A DNA stretch of 64,000 bases, taken from Rhizobiaceae bacterium. Its GTDB lineage: Bacteria > Pseudomonadota > Alphaproteobacteria > Rhizobiales > Rhizobiaceae. The notes under the pieces were generated by a model. The model saw nothing but the letters and a program-made list of their open reading frames with translations. It was not told the DNA's origin and made no database searches. The DNA lies in assembly GCA_036478985.1 (NCBI GenBank), contig JAZGEY010000056.1:1675-65674 (forward strand), in the 5' to 3' direction. Every line of letters starts with the position of its first letter. Within the stretch, counting starts at the first letter, position 1. The translations under genes and the position numbers were made by a program. This document shows, in pieces, positions 51,108-58,567 of this stretch.

Positions 51108-52463
51108 ATGAGTACAAGCAGTAATTTTTTGAAAGAAAATAATGCCAAACATATGTGGCATCCAATGGCTCACCCGGCAGATAGTTTGAATAATCCTCCG
51201 GCAATTATCACGGGTGGCGAAGGTGTTTGTATTACCGATATTGATGGCCATCAAACAATTGATGCGGTGGGTGGTCTATGGAATGTCAATCTTGGCTTCT
51301 CATGCCAAGTGGTGAAGGATGCAATTTCCGAGCAACTTGATAAGCTACCCTATTACTCGACCTTTCGGGGAACCAGTAATGATGCGGCTATTGAGTTAAG
51401 CTATATGTTGCAGGAGTTCTTTGCTCCTGATGGATTGTCCCGGGCTTTTTATACTTCTGGTGGATCTGACAGTGTTGAGATCGCGTTGCGGTTAGCACGC
51501 CAGTACCACAAAATCAGGGGTGAGGCAGGTCGGACTAAATATTTGAGTTTGAAAAAAGGCTATCACGGTACTCATACGGGCGGCGCATCTGTGAATGGGA
51601 ATGCGAATTTTCGCACACAATATGAACCGCTAATGCCTGGGTGTTTTCATATTCCTGCCCCCTACACTTATCGTAATCCATTTAATGAGACGAACCCTGA
51701 AAAACTTGCAAATTTATGCTTAGCAGCGATGGAAGATGAAATTGCTTTCCAAGGGGCTGGTACAATCGCGGCGATGATAATGGAGCCGATACTCGGGGCA
51801 GGTGGAGTTATTCCACCTCATAAGAGTTTCATGCCGGGTGTTCGGGCTCTTTGCGATAAATACGGAATATTGTTGATTGCTGATGAGGTTATCACCGCTT
51901 TTGGCCGTACAGGAAGTTGGAGCGGTTCACGCCATTGGGGGGTGAAGCCTGACTTCATGTGTACTGCAAAAGCTATTACCAACGGCTACTTTCCATTTGG
52001 TGCGGTGATGATCGCCGATGCAATTGCTGAAGTGTTTGAAACAGATACAACTGGAGCCGCCGCTATCGGGTCGGGCTATACTTACTCTGGTCATCCTGTT
52101 GGGGCCGCCGCGGCGATTGCATGTTTGCGAGAAACGCAAAGATTAAACGTACATGAAAATGCAGCTGCCAGAGGCGATGAGCTGTTCAAAGGCATACAAG
52201 AACTTGCCGCTAAGTACGAGATCGTCGGCGATGTGCGCGGCGGTCATGGCTTAATGTGCGCCATAGAATTAGTTGGTGATCGCACGTTAAAAACGCCTCT
52301 CGATAAAGCAACAATTGCGAGGATATATGATACTGTTTACCAAGCAGGAGTTATGGTGCGCATATCGGGAAACAATATTATTATGTCTCCGCCACTTATA
52401 CTGACGAGCAAAGATGTACAGGCTATACTTGATGCCATTGATCATGGTTTATCGGCTGTGTGA
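51108..52463 (+). CDS. Class III PLP-dependent aminotransferase
   Basis: GGLWNVNLG, SGGSDS, GYHG, EPILGAGG, IADEVITAFGRTG, TAKAITNGY; AGGAG RBS before ATG 51108. Confidence 0.93.
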   Translation: MSTSSNFLKENNAKHMWHPMAHPADSLNNPPAIITGGEGVCITDIDGHQTIDAVGGLWNVNLGFSCQVVKDAISEQLDKLPYYSTFRGTSNDAAIELSYMLQEFFAPDGLSRAFYTSGGSDSVEIALRLARQYHKIRGEAGRTKYLSLKKGYHGTHTGGASVNGNANFRTQYEPLMPGCFHIPAPYTYRNPFNETNPEKLANLCLAAMEDEIAFQGAGTIAAMIMEPILGAGGVIPPHKSFMPGVRALCDKYGILLIADEVITAFGRTGSWSGSRHWGVKPDFMCTAKAITNGYFPFGAVMIADAIAEVFETDTTGAAAIGSGYTYSGHPVGAAAAIACLRETQRLNVHENAAARGDELFKGIQELAAKYEIVGDVRGGHGLMCAIELVGDRTLKTPLDKATIARIYDTVYQAGVMVRISGNNIIMSPPLILTSKDVQAILDAIDHGLSAV

Positions 52464-52520
52464 GTTTGGTGGTCAGTAGTATAACATCCTTCTCATTATG
52501 GTGGCGAACGAGAGAATATT

Positions 52521-53510
52521 GTGGGTGAAAAACTAAAAATTGGGATTCTTGGTTCCGGTGCTTGGGGCACTGCACTTGCGTGTTTATTGGCGCGTAATAA
52601 ACATGGCGTTCAATTGTGGGGCCGCGACTCCGATTTATGTAATGAGATAAGTACTAGGCACACGAACGAAAAATATCTTCCTGGGATAGAGCTCGATAAG
52701 AAAATTGTCGCTGTTGAAAATATTGAAGATGCAATTGCTGGTTCTCAGTGTTTATTACTTGTAACTCCTGCCCAAACCGCCGGCGAACTTGCAAAGAAAA
52801 TAACAAAACTAATCCCTGAGAATTTGGCGCTTGTCATGTGTGCCAAAGGAATAGATAGCGAAACACTTTTGCTACCGTCTGATCGAGTGAAAGAGATTAT
52901 TCCTCAGGCGAGCATATCAGCCCTTTCTGGCCCTAGCTTTGCAACTGATGTGGCGCGCGGCCTACCAACTGCTGTTACTCTTGCGAGCGGCTCTCTTGAA
53001 GAGGCATCTAGACTAGCTAAAAACCTTTCAGGTGATCGGTTCAGGATTTATGCATCCGATGATCTTAGGGGTGTCGAAATTGGTGGTAGCTTGAAAAATA
53101 TCATTGCTATTGCCGTCGGAGTAAGCCGCGGTATGAAGCTGGGTGCAAGCGCGGAGGCAGCGTTGATAACGCGCGGTTTTGCAGAAATCGTGCGGCTGGC
53201 CACCGCCATGGGTGGGCGGAAGGAAACCATATTTGGCCTCTCGGGTTTAGGTGATTTAACCTTGACCTGTTCAAGCGTGCAGTCGCGCAATTTTTCCTAT
53301 GGAGTTGCTATAGGAAGCGGCAAGGGCGTTAAGGGGTTGCCTCTTGCGGAAGGTGCAAAGTCGGTTTTTGTTGCCCATAAAATTGCTGAAATGAAAAACA
53401 TAAGCTGCCCTATCATCTCGATAACGAAGCTTATTATAGAAGGTAAAGTTGAACCGCAAGAAACTGAGGCACTGTTACTTGGTAGGCCACTAAAAGCGGA
53501 GGGCTTTTAG
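52521..53510 (+). CDS. gpsA: NAD(P)H-dependent glycerol-3-phosphate dehydrogenase
   Basis: GSGAWGTALA, CAKG, SGPSFA, GGSLKN, GLGDL.LTC, SRN. Confidence 0.92.
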   Translation: MGEKLKIGILGSGAWGTALACLLARNKHGVQLWGRDSDLCNEISTRHTNEKYLPGIELDKKIVAVENIEDAIAGSQCLLLVTPAQTAGELAKKITKLIPENLALVMCAKGIDSETLLLPSDRVKEIIPQASISALSGPSFATDVARGLPTAVTLASGSLEEASRLAKNLSGDRFRIYASDDLRGVEIGGSLKNIIAIAVGVSRGMKLGASAEAALITRGFAEIVRLATAMGGRKETIFGLSGLGDLTLTCSSVQSRNFSYGVAIGSGKGVKGLPLAEGAKSVFVAHKIAEMKNISCPIISITKLIIEGKVEPQETEALLLGRPLKAEGF

Positions 53511-53560
53511 TGTTTGTGGTTGCAGCCTGGGCTGCTCATTCATTCTTCTAAAACAAACAC

Positions 53561-53588
53561 TTGCCTGAACGGAAACATGTGGCATAAT
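53561..53588 (+). promoter_or_regulatory. Putative sigma70 promoter of the DNA-processing operon (likely leaderless)
   Basis: TTGCCT-N16-CATAAT with extended -10 TG; ATG 53594 is 5 nt after the -10 box and has no SD. Confidence 0.45.
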
Positions 53589-53593
53589 TTTTT

Positions 53594-54811
53594 ATGGCAT
53601 CATTACATGAAATTATTGGTGAAGAATGGGCTCAGCGGTCTTCTGAGCTCGCTGACTGGGCGATGGAAAATCTCGTCAACCGCAAGGATGTCTGGGGGCA
53701 GTACAGCGTGTTGACCCCATCAGAAAGACGGCGCGAAGGGAAGGCCTATAAGGCGATGACCCTGCCTAAGAAAGAAATGCGCGGCGACGACATGGTGACG
53801 ATTGATAAACTCACCCGTCATTTCGCTTCTCGCCATCATAGAAAACCGCAAATCATTGGCCTCCACGCCAAGAGTAAAGAAACGACCTCCCGTTGGTTCG
53901 GCATTGATATTGATATGCATGATTGCACGAAGGCCGATGCAGAAGATCATGCGAGGCGTAATTTAAATTGTGCAGTAAGATGGTGGAACGAACTGCTTGC
54001 CAAGGGCTACGATCCGCTCCTGTTTAACACCAACGATCAAGGTGGCTATCATATTTGGGTGCTGTTCGATGAGCCCGCGCCAACAATTGATGTCTATGCT
54101 TTTGTGAAGTCGATTGTTGAGACTTGGGAAGAAAACAGCCTTGAAGAAGAGCCTGAAACATTTCCCAAAAAAGTAAAAGAGGAAAGCCTCGGTTCATGGT
54201 TTCGACTGCCGGGCTTGCATCATGTTCATTATCATTATGTGAGTGTTTGGAGCGGGGATGATTGGTTGGATAATCCATGGCTAACGGGGCATAGCGCCAT
54301 TGATGTTATGCTTGAGAGCAAGGGTGGCCCACCGCCGCCAAAGGTGGATCAGTCAGACCCTGCAATAGCCGATCTCATATCCCGACCTCGCAAAAGCAAA
54401 ATCTCTTTGGCTGCCAATGAACGTCGTTTCAAGCGAACTGGCCGAGCGAAGGTTTGTATTGATCTGGATGGTGTGTTGGCGCTGCGCGTCCAATCAGGCA
54501 AAAAAACTGACATTGGTCCTCCGATGGATGGAGCTGTTGAATTCACACGGGAAATAAATGACTATGCAGAGATTATTATTTTAACATCACGAATGGCTGA
54601 CCTCGATGGGCAGGAGCGTGATAAAATGAAAGACAAGATTGAGGCTTGGCTTAACCGCCATCAAATTGTGTTTGATCGGGTGCATGAAGGGGCAGGGAAA
54701 CCGCCTGCCCATGCATATATTGACGATAAGGCGGTTTCTTGCCGCCCAGAATATGAAGGACAAAAAGCCTTCAAGACGGCACTGGGGCAGGTTGAAAACC
54801 TATGCAAATGA
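53594..54811 (+). CDS. AEP primase-polymerase-like domain fused to C-terminal HAD phosphatase
   Basis: AEP motifs WFGIDID, GGYHIWVLFDEP, ETFPK..LGSWFRLPG; HAD motifs CIDLDGVL, ILTSR, KPP, YIDDK. Confidence 0.72.
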   Translation: MASLHEIIGEEWAQRSSELADWAMENLVNRKDVWGQYSVLTPSERRREGKAYKAMTLPKKEMRGDDMVTIDKLTRHFASRHHRKPQIIGLHAKSKETTSRWFGIDIDMHDCTKADAEDHARRNLNCAVRWWNELLAKGYDPLLFNTNDQGGYHIWVLFDEPAPTIDVYAFVKSIVETWEENSLEEEPETFPKKVKEESLGSWFRLPGLHHVHYHYVSVWSGDDWLDNPWLTGHSAIDVMLESKGGPPPPKVDQSDPAIADLISRPRKSKISLAANERRFKRTGRAKVCIDLDGVLALRVQSGKKTDIGPPMDGAVEFTREINDYAEIIILTSRMADLDGQERDKMKDKIEAWLNRHQIVFDRVHEGAGKPPAHAYIDDKAVSCRPEYEGQKAFKTALGQVENLCK

Positions 54812-54825
54812 GAGAAGTTAGTTAA

Positions 54826-55461
54826 ATGGCGCGTAAGCTTGAGTTTAAATTTAGTGGAGATGCTTTCACCTGCGTCATCAATAAGGTCGATCGCACAAAA
54901 ATATATGGCCGCGTAAATACCGTCACCTACGATGCCAATGACAAAAAATGTGATCTTGCAACTCTGGCTCGGGATGGCCGCACTATCATTCCTTTTGGTG
55001 GTACAGCTAGCGGTTATGTGAATACTGAGGGCTTATGGATCGACCGTGATGAGCTTGTACCTATTGATAGGGATGGGGAAAAAATCCCAGAAGTGCCATC
55101 TAGTTTTTCAGCCCCAACAGTCCTTGATGAGATGGTTGACGTTGAAACTTTCCTCGATCACCCCATTCGTCTTGCCTATCATTTGATCTCCGATGAAGAA
55201 ACGACAATCAGCTCGGCACTCATGGAAAAGCTCAAGGCCGGCGGAATTTATCAATTCCCTTTTTCTTATCGTGGGGGGATATATTTCGACCCCGCTTTTT
55301 TGATGCTCGGAGAGGATGATACGCTTTGGATGTTGATAGGGCACAAAAGCGATATTGAGTATTTGGGTTTTGAACAGGCGGCAATTTGTGCTGCCCGTGC
55401 TGAAGAAGAAACCGAAGACGCGGATGAAGAAACCGACGCTTTCGATTTTGACATGCTGTAG
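54826..55461 (+). CDS. Hypothetical protein, putative divergent Ku-like DNA end-binding protein 1
   Basis: GYV..EG.WI..DEL, then AYHL, helix, FSYRG and beta-strands, paralleling the Ku core; acidic tail; operonic with a DNA ligase. Confidence 0.5.
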   Translation: MARKLEFKFSGDAFTCVINKVDRTKIYGRVNTVTYDANDKKCDLATLARDGRTIIPFGGTASGYVNTEGLWIDRDELVPIDRDGEKIPEVPSSFSAPTVLDEMVDVETFLDHPIRLAYHLISDEETTISSALMEKLKAGGIYQFPFSYRGGIYFDPAFLMLGEDDTLWMLIGHKSDIEYLGFEQAAICAARAEEETEDADEETDAFDFDML

Positions 55462-55472
55462 GACGATTTATT

Positions 55473-56183
55473 ATGCCAAATATCAATTTAAGCGATGCCC
55501 GCCTTCGTGATGCTGTAGTAAAAGCCGAAAGCACTCGGCGACGGCGAACTGTATTTTACCAAGGGCCTAAAGGTCTACCAGCCTACACGCGGAAAATACT
55601 AAAGGGAGCCGTCCACCAAGACTACGACAGTATGTTGGAGAAATTCAAAACCAATGAGGCGCTGGGGGAGGCGCTCGTTGCGGGTGATCCTGAAATTGAT
55701 TTTGAACGGGATGGAATGTTCCTGTGGGATTTATCCCGCGTTTACATCAACCCAAAGGAAGAATTGGTTTATCGAATTCGCCAAGAAGAAGTCGTTTACA
55801 ATCCCGACGGCTCTGAACGCGAACGCCGCGAACAACGGCGACTTGAGGCCAATGTTGATGATGAGGTTCCACTCACGTGGACAGGGAAGATGATTGATAA
55901 ACAGGAGGCCGTACGGCGTTATGTATTCGCAACCAAGCTTCAAATCGTTCACATCAATGGCCTGACCTATGACTTCCTTTTCTCGATGGCAAAAGAATTG
56001 CATGAGGCTAAATCTTTGATGATATTAGGGGCTGGGCCGAAGGGGCGTTCCCCCTTGATTTTCCGCTCCCGCAGCACTCCTTATCGTGCTTTCCTTGAGG
56101 GGCGTGTGAAAGGTGATAAATATATTCTGCTCATGCACCTGTCGAATTTGGAAATGAAATTACCAGATGAGGCGGACGAGTGA
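55473..56183 (+). CDS. Hypothetical protein, putative divergent Ku-like protein 2
   Basis: C-terminal YDFLFSMAKEL...LIFR...YRAFL......YILLMHL resembles the Ku AY.LL..AL...LR....AL....LVL.TL segment; coupled to the ligase. Confidence 0.45.
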   Translation: MPNINLSDARLRDAVVKAESTRRRRTVFYQGPKGLPAYTRKILKGAVHQDYDSMLEKFKTNEALGEALVAGDPEIDFERDGMFLWDLSRVYINPKEELVYRIRQEEVVYNPDGSERERREQRRLEANVDDEVPLTWTGKMIDKQEAVRRYVFATKLQIVHINGLTYDFLFSMAKELHEAKSLMILGAGPKGRSPLIFRSRSTPYRAFLEGRVKGDKYILLMHLSNLEMKLPDEADE

Positions 56184-57670
56184 TGGCTTCTCTTTATAAT
56201 GAAAAAGATATGCGAGCAGTACTTGGTTCCTATCGCATTGGAACTTCAGACGATTTGAATAAAGAGGGGTATCTAAGGATTGTCCGAGCCCGCCGTCGTC
56301 AGTTGGGCCAAATGACAACGGCACTTGATACTGAATCTGCAAAGCGACGTATTCCAGATAGCACCTATCAAATCTCCCGAAAGGTTGATGGAGAATTTGC
56401 TATGTTGATTTATGAGGATGGCGAGGCTTGTATCATAAACCCCGGTAAGACAGTTCGTGCTGGTGCTCCATTCTTAGATGAAGCCATTGAATGGCTCAAT
56501 AAAGCTGGGGTTAAAAAGGCGCTGATAGGTGGCGAGTTTTATGTTCAGCGCACCAAGGAACAGCTTGAAAGAGACGGTAAAGCGACCCGCGTACACGATA
56601 TTGTTCGTTTTGGCCGCGCCCCAAAAACTCAAGATGAATTAAACCAACTGGCCTTTGCTTGTTTCAATATTTACGATCTTGATGGCGAAGACCTGTCGAT
56701 GAATTACGATGCTTCGATCGCAAAGCTTGAAGAGCTGTTCTCCAAAGGCAAGCGCATTCACCCTGTTGAGACTGTTGTCGGTGAAAATGCTAAAGCCGTT
56801 TTGAAGCAGTATGAAAAATGGGTGCGCGGGGAGGGTGAAGAAGGGGTTGTTGCCCGTTCTCCAACTGCTGGCGTTTATAAATTGAAGCCTCGCCATAATC
56901 TTGATCTTGCGGTTATCGGTTTTACAGAAAGTACCGACGATAGAAAAGGTATGCTCCACGACATGCTATTGGCTATCGTGCGCCAAGATGGGAGCTACCA
57001 AATTGTCACCCGCGTTGGCGGTGGGTTCTCTGATGAGCAGCGGTTTGAATTTCTTGAAAAACTTAAAACAAGAGTTGTTGAAAGCGGTTTCCATGAGGTG
57101 AATTCTGCCCGCGTTGCCTATCAAATGGTGGAGCCAGGTTTGGTTGTTGAGATACAATGCCTAGACCTTGTTGCGACCACATCGCGCGGCAACCCAATCG
57201 ACAAAATGGTATTGGAATGGGACGCGGATGAAAACCGTTGGGAGGGGCTTCGGCGGCTCCCGCTTTGTTCGGTTATCTCGCCGCAGTTTGTTCGCTTTAG
57301 AGAGGACAAGCAGGCGCAAAAAGATGATGTTCGTTTAGCGCAACTTTCAGACATCGTGAACATTCCAGATATTGAAAGGGTTGCTGAGCAAATCAAGCTA
57401 CCGCCCTCTAAGCTTATCAAGAGAACCGTGGGAACAAAGAATTCTCGTGGTGCTGTGATGGTGCGAAAATTGGTCATGTGGAAAACCAACAAGGATGAGG
57501 CGAGTAAGGATTTTCCTGCCTATGTTTTGCAACTCACAGATTTCTCTCCCAACCGCAAAGACCCGCTTAAATACGAAATGAAAGTCAGTTCCTCCAAGGA
57601 ACAACTGCTTGGTTTCTTTGCAGAGTGGGAAAAGAAATATTATGTGTCCGGCTGGGTAGTGGAAGACTGA
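56183..57670 (+). CDS. ATP-dependent DNA ligase with C-terminal extension
   Basis: Motif I SRKVDG, III GGEFY, IIIa FNIYDL, IV EGVVAR, V YKLKP, OB domain DLAVIG..VGGGFS..VVEI..PQFVRFREDK; TGATG overlap (alternative GTG 56180). Confidence 0.88.
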   Translation: MASLYNEKDMRAVLGSYRIGTSDDLNKEGYLRIVRARRRQLGQMTTALDTESAKRRIPDSTYQISRKVDGEFAMLIYEDGEACIINPGKTVRAGAPFLDEAIEWLNKAGVKKALIGGEFYVQRTKEQLERDGKATRVHDIVRFGRAPKTQDELNQLAFACFNIYDLDGEDLSMNYDASIAKLEELFSKGKRIHPVETVVGENAKAVLKQYEKWVRGEGEEGVVARSPTAGVYKLKPRHNLDLAVIGFTESTDDRKGMLHDMLLAIVRQDGSYQIVTRVGGGFSDEQRFEFLEKLKTRVVESGFHEVNSARVAYQMVEPGLVVEIQCLDLVATTSRGNPIDKMVLEWDADENRWEGLRRLPLCSVISPQFVRFREDKQAQKDDVRLAQLSDIVNIPDIERVAEQIKLPPSKLIKRTVGTKNSRGAVMVRKLVMWKTNKDEASKDFPAYVLQLTDFSPNRKDPLKYEMKVSSSKEQLLGFFAEWEKKYYVSGWVVED

Positions 57671-58383
57671 TGCGTCTTTTGAGCTGGAATATTTTGCAAG
57701 GCGGTGGTCGTCGCGCCACAGCAGTTGTTGAAACGATTGCAAGTCATAAACCTGATATTGTCACACTCCAAGAGTTTCGTCGCGGCTCGGGTTCGGACGA
57801 GATAATCAGGGGCCTAAAAAAGCAGGGCTTAGGATTTATTCATATTCCTGAGACGCAAAAGCGTTCGGAAAACACCATTCTTATTGCTTCCCGTTATGGC
57901 TTTGATGCGGGCTCATTTTTACCAGAACCCGATACGCCGCTTTCTCTGCTAGAGGCATTTTTTAGCACCGCTAACATTGGGTTTGATTTGAATTTCATAG
58001 CTGTTCACTTCCCACAAAAGAAGGCGCAAGTCCCTTTGTTCAAGGCGCTTCAGAAAGATAGTCCGTCACTGCTAGAAACGAGCTCCATGATTATTGGAGA
58101 TTTGAACTGCGGCATTCCTTTTATTGATAGTGACAGCAAATCTTTCTATGCAACTCAATATTATCAAGACCTATTACAAATGGGCTGGATTGATTCATGG
58201 AGATCGCGGAATGAAGAGGCTCGCGAGTTTAGCTGGGTTAGCCCCCGTACGGGCAACCGTTTCAGGTATGATCAATGTTTGTGCAGTCCTGCGATGGATC
58301 GTAAAATTAAAGCGGTATTCTTCGACCATGCACCACGGGAATCCCGAATCTCTGACCACAGCTTAATAGTGGTTGATATGTGA
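57670..58383 (+). CDS. Endonuclease/exonuclease/phosphatase (ExoIII/Xth-like)
   Basis: SWNI, LQE, GDLN, IDSWR, FSW, RYD, SDH motifs; TGATG overlap with the ligase stop. Confidence 0.88.
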   Translation: MRLLSWNILQGGGRRATAVVETIASHKPDIVTLQEFRRGSGSDEIIRGLKKQGLGFIHIPETQKRSENTILIASRYGFDAGSFLPEPDTPLSLLEAFFSTANIGFDLNFIAVHFPQKKAQVPLFKALQKDSPSLLETSSMIIGDLNCGIPFIDSDSKSFYATQYYQDLLQMGWIDSWRSRNEEAREFSWVSPRTGNRFRYDQCLCSPAMDRKIKAVFFDHAPRESRISDHSLIVVDM

Positions 58384-58512
58384 GTGGACTAGTTCACTTG
58401 GACGATGGGAATATTTCACCAAAACACCATATTATGTACACCTGTTGGGTAAGAAAAAAGCCCCAAGATTACCTAACAGGCCAATAGTCGTAGGCTAAGC
58501 TATGATAATTGG

Positions 58513-58567
58513 AAGGCACTAATCGTGTTTCTGGTTTTCCAGAATACGGTTGGTGCCTTTTTATTTT
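58513..58567 (+). terminator. Long Rho-independent terminator downstream of the DNA-processing operon
   Basis: AAGGCACTAATCGTGTTTCTGG-TTTT-CCAGAATACGGTTGGTGCCTT then TTTATTTT; non-Watson-Crick positions are G-U on the + strand, plus one bulge. Confidence 0.7.

Noticed and set aside
53511-53593. Possible LexA box before the DNA-processing operon
   Set aside because: The best candidate AAAC-N8-GAAC has the wrong spacing and a mismatch versus GAAC-N7-GAAC
53594-58383. Calling the operon canonical ligD-ku or a prophage/plasmid replication module
   Set aside because: No LigD PE/POL architecture and no canonical Ku N-terminal W.G.ISFGLV motif; no helicase, integrase or phage structural genes nearby
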